Shown: one piece after another, positions 1 to 10,867 of the stretch | Numbering within the stretch: the stretch's first letter is position 1 | How the letters are laid out: every line of letters begins with the position of its first letter | Assembly (NCBI GenBank): GCA_026770705.1 | Contig: JANJGN010000926.1 | Span: 1 to 64,000, forward strand | Source: Isurus oxyrinchus | Taxonomy: Eukaryota | Length of the DNA: 64,000 bases | Direction of reading: 5' to 3' | Position numbers and translations under genes: made by a program | Notes under the pieces: model-generated | Database searches by the model: none | What the model was told of the DNA's origin: nothing | The model's input: only the letters and a program-made list of their open reading frames with translations

Positions 1-14
1 GGATCAGAAATAAT

Positions 15-346
15 CCCTTAGACAATGAGGATCCAAAGAGATTCCTTAGACAATGAGGATCCAAAGAGATTCCTTAGACAATGAGGATCCAAAGAGATTC
101 CTCAGACAATGAGGATCCAAAGAGATTCCTTAGACAATGAGTTTCCAAAGAGATTCCTTAGACAATGAGGATCCAAAGAGATTCCTCAGACAATGAGGAT
201 CCAAAGAGATTCCTTAGACAATGAGGATCCAAAGAGATTCCTTAGACAATGAGGATCCAAAGAGATTCCTCAGACAATGAGGATCCAAAGAGATTCTTCA
301 GACAATGAGGATCCAAGGAGATTCCTTAGACAATGAAGATACAAAG
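15..346. repeat. 28-bp tandem minisatellite (GACAATGAGGATCCAAAGAGATTCCTTA), 11 full units plus partial, in leader-V intron of gene A
   Basis: Units start at 21, 49, 77 ... 301, 329 with no spacers; homologous shorter array at 31174-31336. Confidence 0.95.
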
Positions 347-559
347 TGTACCAATCAGATTGAACCAGATTAGCCAATCAGATGTGTTGAAGAGCAGACA
401 GGAATGTTAGGCTAATTAGTGATTCATGACGGTGATAATGGGGGGAGTTCTGAGGGCTCCTAATCCATTGTCCTGTCTTGTAAATCAGCACTGAATGGAT
501 CTCAATGGGTGGGTCTTGTAGACTCTGTGTTGGGTGGAAGACTGGCTTCACTAAGGGGA

Positions 560-835
560 AGCGGCAGTAGAGAGGCATTGTCACTGGGCTAGTATTGCAG
601 AGGCCCAGGGTGATGCTCTGGGGCCCTGGGTGTTAATCCCATCACAGCAGATGAATGGGATTAAAAAGCCTGGTTCACTGATCCCCTTCAGGGAAGGAAA
701 TCTCCACCCTTACCCAGTCTGGCCTACATGCCACTCCAAACCCACAGCAATACGATTGATTCTTAAATGCCTCTGATGGACATGGGATGGGTAATAAATG
801 CTGGGCACATCTCATGAACGGATAATTTGAAAAAC
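560..835 (+). mobile_element. tRNA-derived SINE, degenerate copy (approximate ends)
   Basis: Aligns by eye with the fuller copy at 47283-47603; ends in GGGATGGGTAATAAATGCTGG tail shared with the LINE at 19068-21127. Confidence 0.7.
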
Positions 836-1098
836 ACATGACTTGGAGACACTGTGTTGGGTGGAAGACTGGTTTCACTAAACAGGGTCCTGAGGACCAT
901 GAGCCAACGTAGAATGAACTTGTCCACTCCTGTGTCCAGGATTCTCTTCCATCCATTGTGAAACCTTGGGGAGATCCCTGTGTGTCCTGTAGATGGTCCA
1001 CACTGCAGCCACTGTGCCCCAGTGATGGAGGGGGTGGATATCGAGTCTAGTGGATCTACAAACCATCCAGAGTTAAATATTGATATTTCTCTCCCCAG

Positions 1099-1467
1099 TT
1101 GGACTGTCACAAGAGTGGAAAGGTGACACTCCACGAGAGGTGACAGAGCAGGAAGATTCGTGTGTACAGATTCCATGTCATTACAGTTATCCATCACATT
1201 TGGAAAGCCGACCATGAGTCGGAGTCTGGTTTAATAACGAGAATCAGATTCCTGGATCTCCCATAGCCTTTCACTCCAAGGATCACAGTCACGAGTTACC
1301 ACGGTTCCACCATCGGACCCGGCTGTCTGGAGACCTGAAAGATGGCGACTGTTCCCTGATTATAAACAACATCAGACGGGAAGATGCAGGACCTTATTTT
1401 TTCAGAATAGAATTTGACAGCAGGAATAGTTACAGCTACTATCCTGTAACCCGGCTTCACATTTCTG
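1099..1467 (+). pseudogene. Gene A Siglec-like V-set exon with premature stop (TGA 1215-1217)
   Basis: ccccag/GT boundaries, 369 nt phase 1-1; CVQIPC...GDCSLII...DAGPYFFRIE...YSYY matches CD33-type V-set; paralogs at 57242 and 59541 have CGA at the stop position. Confidence 0.92.
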
Positions 1468-1939
1468 GTAAGTGCTGTGTTATAATTACTCAACAATTCA
1501 CATCCAACACTCAATGGGAAATAACACAAACTGTGACGTTTACATATTAAAATAAAACAAAGCTTATTATAACACACTGTCTGATTCTCAATAACCTGGT
1601 GATAGCTTCCAGTTCAGTCCTAAAGCAATCTCTAATACTCACTTTAATATCAATGATGAAAAGCATTAACTGTATTATCAGGTTATCCATTCCCATCAAT
1701 CTCTCCTGTCCTGTTTAAAAGTCTGACGTATCGATAAAAGAAAGATGTGCATTTCTGCTGCGCAATTTACCACCTTAGGAGGATCCAAATCCCTTCACAG
1801 CCAATGAAATTATTCCTGAATTGTGGTCACAGATGTTAAACACAGCAGGCAGTTTGTGCACAGCAAGATCCAACAAACCACAAGGTGATAAATCACCCAG
1901 ATCACTGAGGAAATGAGAAGCCAGTGAACTCAAACCTCT

Positions 1940-2075
1940 GGTCTGATGAAGAGTCATACGGACTCGAAACGTTAACCCTGTCTTCCTCTCCAGTGATACT
2001 GTCAGACCTGCTGAGTCTTTCCAGCAATTTTTGTTTTTGTTTCAGATTTCCAGCATCCACAGTATTCTGCTTTTA
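1940..2075 (+). mobile_element. Penelope-like element terminal remnant with minimal hammerhead ribozyme motif (1940-1977)
   Basis: CTGATGA-A-GAGTC-atacg-GACTC-GAAAC-GTTAACC followed by the GCTG..AGACCTGCTGAG...TTTCCAGCATC tail also seen at 63445-63541. Confidence 0.6.
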
Positions 2076-2326
2076 ACTCCAATCTCTGGTCTGAGCCTCT
2101 TCTCTCATCCAGTGTTCTCAATTCACATGTCTCGGAGTGAACGTGTATTAAGCTGAGAGACAGAAACACTACTGCCAAAGAGCAAGAAAATCTTTCCTGA
2201 TCATTGTAACCTCTCAGTTCTGATATCATCCTTGTCAAAGTGCTTTCTCTTGTGGGACTGTGGTTTCTATTTGAACTGATGCTTCACGTTATATTTCTCT
2301 AAAAGGATCCATTCTCTGTCTGTTAG

Positions 2327-2623
2327 ATTTCACAGATAAACCCACGATATTCCCTGCTGAAATTATTGCAGGAAGGCGTGTGGATGTAAGCTGCACCTTC
2401 AACACAACGTGCAATGGAACAGCAGCACCTGTCTTAACCTGGGACACTCCCACTGACGTACCTAGATCAGTCTCAAACACTGTAACTCAGCATGGTGTCA
2501 CTCTGACCTATACTTCTGTTCTGACCCTGATCCCATCACCCAAACACCACGGACACACTCTCAGCTGCAGAGTGAGATATCCATCTGTTTCATCGGAGGG
2601 GACGCTCATACTGACTGTGCAAG
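2327..2623 (+). CDS. Gene A C2-a Ig exon (Siglec domain 2), intact
   Basis: ttag/GT, 297 nt; DFTDKPTIFP...SCTFNTTC...PVLTW...SVLTLIPSPKHHGHTLSCRV resembles CD33 domain 2 including the extra interdomain Cys. Confidence 0.92.
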
Positions 2624-2842
2624 GTAAGAATGGACACCCTTCATTCTACATTAGCTAGAAAGCTCTACATAGTACATTGCAAGATCCCACAACTGCATTG
2701 TGTTTAGCAACAAATCAATAGTCTTTAACTGATACAAATTCACCTCTGACACTGCAGCAGTCCCTGAATACTGATTCTCCAACACTGCAGCACTCCCTCA
2801 GTACTGAGTCTTGTTCACAATGAAATCTTTAATTGTTCTTAG

Positions 2843-2935
2843 ATGCACCACAGAATCTCTCATTTACTTCGCTTGATATGATTAATGCTTCATCGATCAA
2901 TATAATTGAGGGGTTCATAACCATCACTGTGGAAT
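2843..2935 (+). pseudogene. Gene A C2-b copy 1, internally deleted in frame (93-nt mini-exon)
   Basis: Both splice sites retained; DAPQNLSFTSLDMINASSINIIEG joined to FITITVE, 189 nt shorter than the 282-nt copies. Confidence 0.85.
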
Positions 2936-3571
2936 GTGAGTTAATGCAAACTTCAACATCACACACACACACACACACACACACACATGCAGAAACACAC
3001 ACAATCTCAACTCATACAAGCACACACACACATGCACATACAGACACACATGTGCACACACACAAACACAAACACCCAGATCCTTATTGTACCGAAACAT
3101 GCACACACAAGCCAACACACACATACACACACAAAAACATGTGGGTTCCCTCTCCTCTCCCAGTGCTGCACTGGAGTCTCGATATCAGCTCTGAATCTGT
3201 GTTGAAGGAAGGTAAACTCCAGATCATCAAGACCCTGAACTGCATGGAGCAACCTCCTGAACAGTGAATTGTAGATTTACCTCTCAGTGTTCCATCAATC
3301 AAATACAATTCATTGCCTTTGAAGCCTTTGGGGACAGCCTGAGGATCTGTAAGGGAGTTTGCTGCATTCTAGATGGACACCTCCACTGGTGGGAGAATGT
3401 AACTGCAGTGTGACAGTTTACATAGGCAGTGCCCATTGTCAATGTGAAATAAGTTCTTATCCTGAGGGAAGGTACCTGGAAATGCATTCAGACATCAGAT
3501 ACAGAGACATGATGCATGGAGTCTTGCTGTGCACTATATTTGCTCATATTAAAATCATTCTATGTTTATAG

Positions 3572-3853
3572 ATGCACCACGGAATCTCTCAATTACTTCT
3601 CTTGGTGTGATTAACGCTTTATCGATCGATGTAATTGAGGGGAATTCTGCAGTGATAATCTGCTCTGTCGAGAGCTTCCCAGCTTCTAATCTGACGTGGT
3701 GACATCTTAATGTCCCAATGAACAGAACAAGTTCCAGCAATGAGCTGTGGTTGGTGATTCCTCACGTTACATCCAGGGACACTGGAGACTATCAGTGTGT
3801 GGCAGAGAATGAACATGGAGCAGTGGAGGGGTTCATAACCATCACTGTGGAAC
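3572..3853 (+). pseudogene. Gene A C2-b copy 2 with premature stop (TGA 3700-3702)
   Basis: 282 nt AG/GT exon; TGG TGA CAT where other copies read TGG CGA CAT. Confidence 0.9.
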
Positions 3854-3879
3854 GTGAGTTACTGCAAACTTCAACATCT

Positions 3880-3924
<45 letters not shown>

Positions 3925-4533
3925 ACACGTGCACACACATACTCATAAACATGCACACACATTCACTCATGCACAGAAATATACACAAAGAGACACTCAG
4001 ATATGCTCAAACACATACACACATGCACACACAGACACATGCGTGCATACTCACACAAACACTCTCACTTGTGCAGAAACACAAACACACACACAAACAC
4101 ACAAATGAGTTCCCTGTCCTCTCTCAGTGCTGCACTGGAGTCTCGGTGTCAGCTCCGATTCTGTGTTGAAGGAAGGTAAACTCCAGATCAACAAGACCCT
4201 GAATTGGATGGAGCAACCTCCTGAACAGAGAATTGTAGATTTACCCCTCAGTGCTCCATCGATCAAATACAATTCATTCCCGTAAATCCCTTGGCAAAAT
4301 ACTGAGGATGTGAAAGCTTCTTTCATTAAAAGTGGATAGCACCTCTACTGGTGGGAGAATGTAACTGCAGTTTGACTGTTTACATAGGCAGTGCCCATTA
4401 TAAATTTGACAGTGGAAGTTATATGGAGGGAAGGTACCCGGAATTGCATACAGACATCAGATACAGAGAGATGATGCATGGAGTCTTGCTGTAAATTGTG
4501 CTTGCTCACATTAAACACTTGATTTGTTTTTAG

Positions 4534-4815
4534 ATGCACCACAGAATCTCTCATTTACCTCTCTTGATATGATTAACGCTTCATGGATCAATATAATTGC
4601 GGGGAATTCTGCAGTGATAATCTGCTCTGTCGAGAGCTTCCCAGCTTCTAACCTGACGTGGCGACATCTTAATGTCCCAATGAACAGAACCAGTTCCAAC
4701 AATGAGCTGTGGTTGGTGATTCCTCACGTTACATCCACGGACACTGGAGACTATCAGTGTGTGGCAGAGAATGAACATGGAGCAGTGGAGGGATTCATAA
4801 CCATCACTGTGGAAC
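4534..4815 (+). CDS. Gene A C2-b copy 3 Ig exon, intact
   Basis: 282 nt AG/GT, phase 1-1; CSVESFPASNLTW...DTGDYQCVAENEHG. Confidence 0.9.
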
Positions 4816-5304
4816 GTGAGTTAACACAAACTTCAACATTACTCTCACATACACACACACACACACACACATACACACACACACAGACACATGCACACAA
4901 ACAAGCATTCATGTGCAATCCCACATGTGCACAGGTGTGTACACCTGCATGCTCACACACACAGAAGGAAACATACACAGAATCACACGTGTGCTTGCTC
5001 ACACACACACAGACATGTGTGAGTTGTCTGTTCTCCCTGTGCTGCACTGGAGTGTTGCTCCAGATTCTGCTCTGAAACACTGACGACATCAGCTGAACAA
5101 GACCCTGTATGGGACGAGCAGCCTCCTGCACAGAGAATTGTAGGTTTATCACTCAATACCCCATTATTCTAAAGCAATTCCTCCACTGTCAAATCCCTGT
5201 GAACATCCTGATGATGTGAAAGACATTTTCTTTTCTTCTAGCCCAACAGTGTCTCCTCTGGTGGAAGGCTGTAATTACAGCGTGACAGTTTACATATCCA
5301 CACG

Positions 5305-5645
5305 CAGCAAGAGCTGAGCAACACTCAGCTTGGACTGAGAAATGACAATTAATGCATCACAAGTACCAGGCAGTGATCATGTCCAACAAGAGAGAATCTA
5401 ACCATCTCCCCTTGATGTTCAGTGAGTTTACTATCACTGAATCCCCCACAATCAACATCCTGGGGGATGTTAACCAAACAACTAACTGGACCGGCCATAA
5501 ATACTGTGGCTATAGGAGCCGGTCAGAGGCTGGGAATTCTGTGGGGGTGAAAAACTAACCACCACCTCCTCAAGGGCAATTAGGGATGGGTAATAAATGC
5601 TGGTCTAGATAGATACATCCACTTCCCATGAATGTACAAAAAGAA
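5305..5645 (+). mobile_element. LINE 3' fragment, internally deleted
   Basis: Matches parts of the LINE at 20340-20570 and its tail at 21045-21125. Confidence 0.7.
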
Positions 5646-5798
5646 AAACGCTGGCAGTGACCATTATAAAAGTTGACATAGAAACTTAAAACAGGAAAGA
5701 ACCTTGAAATGCACATAGACACCAAATAGAGAGAGATGTATCATGGAGTCTTGCTGTGCACTGTGTTTGCTCACAATGAAACCTTTATTTGTATTTAG

Positions 5799-6080
5799 AT
5801 GCACCACGGAACCCATCAATTACTTCTCTTGATATGATTAATGCTTCATGGATCAATATAATTGAGGGGAATTCTGCAGTGATAATCTGCTCTGTCGAGA
5901 GCTTCCCAGCTTCTAACCTGATGTGGCGACATCTTAATGTCCCAATGAACAGAACAAGTTCCAACAATGAGCTGTGGTTGGTGATTCCTCACGTTACATC
6001 CAGGGCCACTGGAGACTATCAGTGTGTGGCAGAGAATGAACATGGAGCAGTGGAGGGGTTCATAACCATCACTGTGGAAC
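5799..6080 (+). CDS. Gene A C2-b copy 4 Ig exon, intact
   Basis: 282 nt AG/GT, open frame, both Ig Cys and Trp present. Confidence 0.9.
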
Positions 6081-6869
6081 GTGAGTTACTGCAAACNNNN
6101 NNNNNNNNNNNNNNNNNNNNNNNNNNNNNNNNNNNNNNNNNNNNNNNNNNNNNNNNNNNNNNNNNNNNNNNNNNNNNNNNNNNNNNNNNNNNNNNNNNNN
6201 NNNNNNNNNNNNNNNNNNNNNNNNTGCAAACACATACAGAGGAATATATATACACAACTCACACACACACACACATTCATGCCCACACATAGACACACAC
6301 ATGCACATTCACTCACTCTTGGACAGACGTAGACACACAGACATGCGTGCCTGCGCACACACAGATACATGTGTGCATACACACACAAGCACACTCACTT
6401 GTGCAGAAACACAAACACACACACACTCACACACATACACAAATGTGAGTTCCCTCTCCTCTCTCAGGGTGCACTGGAGTCTCGGTATCAGCTCTGATTC
6501 TGTGTTGAAGGAAGGTAAACTCCAGATCAACAAGACCCTGAATTGGATGAGCAACCTCCTGAACAGAGAATTGTAGATTTACCCCTCAGTGCTCCATCAA
6601 TCAAACATTGCCTGTCAAGCCCTTGGCGAAATCCTGAGGATATGAAAGCAAGCTTCTTTCATTCTAGATGGACAACACCTCTACTGGTGGGAGAATGCAA
6701 TTGCAGTGTGACAGTTTACATAGGCAGTGTCCATTAAAAATGTGGCATAAGACCTTATCCTGAGGGAAGTTACCTGGAAATGCATAAAGACATCAGATAC
6801 AGAGACATGATGCATGGAGTCTTGCTGTGCACTATGTTTGCTCACGTTAAAATCTTTATATGTTTTTAG

Positions 6870-6969
6870 ATGCACCACGGAATCTCTCAATCAATTCTCT
6901 TGATATGATTAACGCTTCATGGATCAATATAATTGAGGGGAATTCTGCAGTGATAATCTGCTCTGTCGA
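6870..6969 (+). pseudogene. Gene A C2-b copy 5, 5' fragment
   Basis: DAPRNLSINSLDMINASWINIIEGNSAVIICSV then jumps into intron sequence homologous to about 4880-5360; no donor. Confidence 0.85.
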
Positions 6970-7542
6970 CATAGACACACAGACAGGTGCACGTAAACAT
7001 GCGTTCATATTTAATCGCATGTCTGCACAGGTGTGTACACCTGCATGCTCACACACAGAAGGAAACATACACAGAATCACACGTGTGTTTGCTCACACAA
7101 ACACAGACATGTGTGAGTTGTCTGTTCTCCCTGTGCTGCACTGGAGTGTTGCTCCAGATTCTGCTCTGAAACACTGACGACATCAGCTGAACAAGACCCT
7201 GTATTGGACGAGCAGCCCCCTGCACAGAGAATTGTAGATTTATCACTCAATACCCCATTATTCTAAAGCAATTCCTCCACTGTCAAATCCCTGTGAACAT
7301 CCTGATGATGTGATAGACATTTTCTTTTCTTCTAGCCCGACAGTGTCTCCTCTGGTGGAAGGCTGTAATTACAGCGTGACAGTTTACATATCCACATGCA
7401 GCAAGAGCTGAACAACACTCAGCTTGGGCTGAGAAATGACAATTAATGTTCATGCCGCACAAGTACCAGGGAGAGCTGTTCCTTGTATTGACCCTTGGGA
7501 TTGTTTATCTCAACCTGATAGGGCAGAGGGGGCCCAGGTTGT

Positions 7543-7609
7543 GACTATCAGAGTGTGGCAGAGAATGAACATGGAGCAGTGGAGGGGTTCATAACCATCA
7601 CTGTGGAAT
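7543..7609 (+). pseudogene. Gene A C2-b copy 6, 3' fragment
   Basis: [22 protein letters not shown] plus GTGAGT donor; Cys codon changed to Ser; 5' part missing. Confidence 0.8.
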
Positions 7610-8427
7610 GTGAGTGTGGAGATACATTTGTTTGTTTGTTGTCTCCGTGGTCTCCGTGGAGCCATTGGGATCGTGTTGTTTTTAATCCAGTTTTCTTCAA
7701 TCCTCGCTCAGTCCACGTTATCCACACACCCAATTTTTCCTCTCCCTTTCTGTTTTTGCTCTCAGTTTCTCCTTCATTGGTTGTGAGGACAAGGCTGTCA
7801 GGTCTTCGTTTCCAATCTCCATACTTGACGACCTTTCGCTCTCTAACTGTCCTGAACAACCCTTTTAATTGCTGAACTTCTCATTCTTTAATTGATAAAT
7901 ATTATATATAAACGTTACATGGATTACTTTGAAATGCAACACTTGTATTCATAAATAGCTTAGAAATGACTAAAATTCAACAGTCAATGAAGCATTATCG
8001 AAGTAAGCTCACTGCTGTAAAGGAGGAAACACAGGTACTGATTTGTACACAGCAAGATCCCACAAACCACCGTGTCTTAATGACCTGATAGTCGATTATT
8101 TCAATGAGGTTGGTTGTTTAATGTGTAGAGAGACTACATACCCTTTAGGGAGGGAAGCATGTCTCGATGTGGATGTGACTCCAGTCTCAGACACCAACAT
8201 GGTTAACTCTTACCTGCCCTCTGAACTGGTCTCCCAGTTTGGGACAAACCAGTGGTTCAGGAACAAGACCCCCCACCACCTTCTCAAGGGGAAACTAGGG
8301 ATGGACAATAAATGTCAGCATTGCCCGAGAATGAGTATTTAAACATTGAGTGAGTGTATCGCTTCTCGAGATACATCGGAGCATCATTGTAAACCTGTAG
8401 TGCAGTAATTAATGGCTGTTTTTACAG

Positions 8428-8524
8428 GTAGAGACTCCAGTAAATGGACAGTAGGATTGTTCACGGCTGGGATCATGTTGAGTGTGTTCCTGGCTGGAAT
8501 CTTCATCTTCATCTGTGTGAGAAA
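8428..8524 (+). CDS. Gene A transmembrane exon (uncharged, inhibitory type)
   Basis: tttttacag/GTAAGT; RDSSKWTVGLFTAGIMLSVFLAGIFIFICVRK; phase 1-2. Confidence 0.9.
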
Positions 8525-8649
8525 GTAAGTCTGAAGATTTAACTTGATTTTAATATAAACATTTGCTTAGGACTAATTGGACAGTTTTTACAAAGGGCCA
8601 GCACAGGCACGATGGGCTGAGTGGCTTCCTCCTGAGCTGTGAGATTTAA

Positions 8650-9115
8650 AATTCTTTCATCGAATGTGACTGTCACTGGTGAGGCCGCTATTAAATTGCC
8701 TATCCCTAATTGCCCCTTGAGAAGGTGGTGGTGGGCTGCCTTCTTGACCCGCTGCAGTCCATGTGGTGTAGGTACACCCACAGTGCTGTTAGAGAGGGAC
8801 TTCCAGGATTTTAACCCAACGACAGTGAAGGAACGGTGATATATTTCCAAGTCAGGATGGTGAGTGACTTGGAGGGGAACTTCCAGGTGGTGGTGTTCCC
8901 ATGTGTCTGCTGCCCTTGTCCTTCTAGATGGTAGAGGTCGTGGGTTTGGAAGGTGCTGTTGAAGGAGCCTTGCTGAGTTGCTGCAGTGCATCTTGTAGAT
9001 GGTACACACACTGCTGCCACTGTGTGTTCGTGGTGGAGGGAGTGAATGTTTAATGTGGTGGATGGGGTGTGGATCAATCGAGCTGCTTTGTCCTGGATGG
9101 TGTCAAGCTTCTTGA
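8650..9115 (-). mobile_element. LINE 3' fragment
   Basis: Reverse complement of about 20670-21120; duplicated at 37140-37600. Confidence 0.85.
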
Positions 9116-9247
9116 TTCTGTGCTTTGTGCAGAAGTGGTTTAAAGAGACAGTCCAGTCGTTGGTGTAAGGTTACAGTGGGCTCTGTGTCTGTGCTGCACT
9201 GACTCTCTGCTATATGATAACCACAGTGTGATATTGTGTTATTGCAG

Positions 9248-9329
9248 GAGAAAGACAGCGATGGAGGAGAGAGTTTCAGGGACCAGAGACATTGCATTGA
9301 CCCCCAGTCCACTCTCTGTGAAGCACCAG
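9248..9329 (+). CDS. Gene A cytoplasmic exon 1
   Basis: ttgcag/GTACAG; 82 nt phase 2-0; RKTAMEERVSGTRDIALTPSPLSVKHQ; conserved at 15540 and 37728. Confidence 0.85.
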
Positions 9330-9464
9330 GTACAGGAGCTGTTTACACTCACTCCAAAGCTTCAATCTCAGTGTGTAGACAACACATGTCCCAGATTCCC
9401 AGCCCAGTTACCGACTGATTTGTACCTGTGGAGTCAGCAATGGTTCAGTATCATGCTGTCTCTC

Positions 9465-10195
9465 TGTTATGACACAGCAACTGTTAAAGGCTGTTGTTTA
9501 AAATCCCAGAGGGAAACTTTAAACAACTGTCATAACCTATATTTCCCAGTGGAATGTTTGAGATGCAGCTCTAAATTCAGGAATAAGACCACCAGTTCTC
9601 GAGATGGTTTTATATCAGTCTGCATGAGACATTTATTAATTTACACAAGTTAAACATATGCACATGGCTACAAACTAGTATTATCATAACTTTAACAAAT
9701 TCCCAAACTAATCTCCTCTAAGACAACACATAGACTTTAAGCAGATTCCAGCGAAGCATTTTCACCTCACAAATTCCAAATGAGGTTCCTTTCACTTTGG
9801 TTCCTTTGCAGACAGGTGTAGGCTTACAGCTGCTTTGATGTTACAAGCCTCTGCTCTGCACACACAAAACTGCTCAAGTTATACCCAGCACTGCTCTTTG
9901 AATGTAAATTCTCATTGAATCATCAGGACCTTTGAACTCCACCCTTCATCGTATCAATTTTATTAGTAATATAAACATTGATTCGTTTAAGATTTCACTC
10001 TCAGACATTGAATGCTCTGTTTAAAGATGCAGATTACCCCTTTACCTCTTTGTTTACATCTCAAAACTACTATACATCAAATACCCAGACTGGCTGGCTT
10101 TAATCCAATTAAAACACTCACAGACACACCCACAGACTAAACCCCTGTTTAAAAAGACAATTTCCACTTACATTACATACATTAATAGATTAATA
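9465..10195. mobile_element. Solo-LTR-like element (approximate ends)
   Basis: Begins TGTTATGACAC, similar along its length to the insert at 13423-14253; duplicated at 37945-38700. Confidence 0.55.
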
Positions 10196-10329
10196 ACACC
10201 CTATCTCTATCCCTTTCTCTCTTTCTCTTCCCTCTCATCCTCTCTCTGATTACAAGGTTCTTGTTAATGAGCCTCACGTCAGGCACCTGAGTGCAGAATC
10301 CAAGCCGGCACTCACCAGAGCCATTCCCG

Positions 10330-10475
10330 AGGGAGTGCGAGACTGACAGAGGGTCAGTCCTGAGGGAGTGCTGCGCTGTCGGGGGTCAGTACTGAGGGAG
10401 TCCGAGACTGACAGAGGGTCAGTACTGAGGGAGTGCTGCGCTGTCGGGGGTCAGTACTGAAGGAGTGCTGCCCTG
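10330..10475 (+). repeat. 33-bp minisatellite, about 4 units
   Basis: GAGGGAGTGCTGCGCTGTCGGGGGTCAGTACT-type units. Confidence 0.85.
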
Positions 10476-10618
10476 CCATAGGTGGTTTCTTTTATATGAT
10501 ATGAGAGAGAGAGTTAAACCAACTGAGACACGACTGACACACGAGGCTGCACAATAATTTAACCCTATCAGTGCCTGTAATTGATGTGAGGATGTCTTCT
10601 GTTTCCATTTCTCTGTAG

Positions 10619-10867
10619 GGTAAACAGAACGTGCTGATTACTGAGCCCCGGAACACAACCAGAGACACAACTAGCGAGGGGGAGACCCCAGCTCCCCGGG
10701 ATCTCTCTGAAGGTCCAGTGAGAGGCAATGCTGGACATGGAATCCCTGACAATCCCAACGACCTTCTCTACGCCAATCCCCAAGTCTTCAGGGTGCCCAG
10801 TGGTGATGGGTCTGTCCACAGGGAAGAGGAGACGGAATACGCACAGATCAGATTCAAGCGAAACTGA
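10619..10867 (+). CDS. Gene A terminal cytoplasmic exon: degenerate ITIM (LLYANP) plus ITSM (TEYAQI)
   Basis: ctctgtag acceptor, phase 0, open to TGA; two tyrosine motifs spaced as in CD33-related Siglecs. Confidence 0.9.
   Translation, partial: GKQNVLITEPRNTTRDTTSEGETPAPRDLSEGPVRGNAGHGIPDNPNDLLYANPQVFRVPSGDGSVHREEETEYAQIRFKRN

Noticed and set aside
15-346. CRISPR-like 28-bp repeat array
   Set aside because: Units are head-to-tail with no unique spacers, no cas genes, and the context is a vertebrate intron
1215-1217. In-frame TGA as selenocysteine or programmed readthrough (also 3700)
   Set aside because: Paralogs have Arg CGA at both sites, so CpG deamination is the simple explanation; no SECIS identified
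1099-10867. Assigning MAG, CD22, SIGLEC1 or CD33 gene symbols
   Set aside because: Family-level motifs are clear but orthology cannot be established by eye in a multi-copy, lineage-specific cluster
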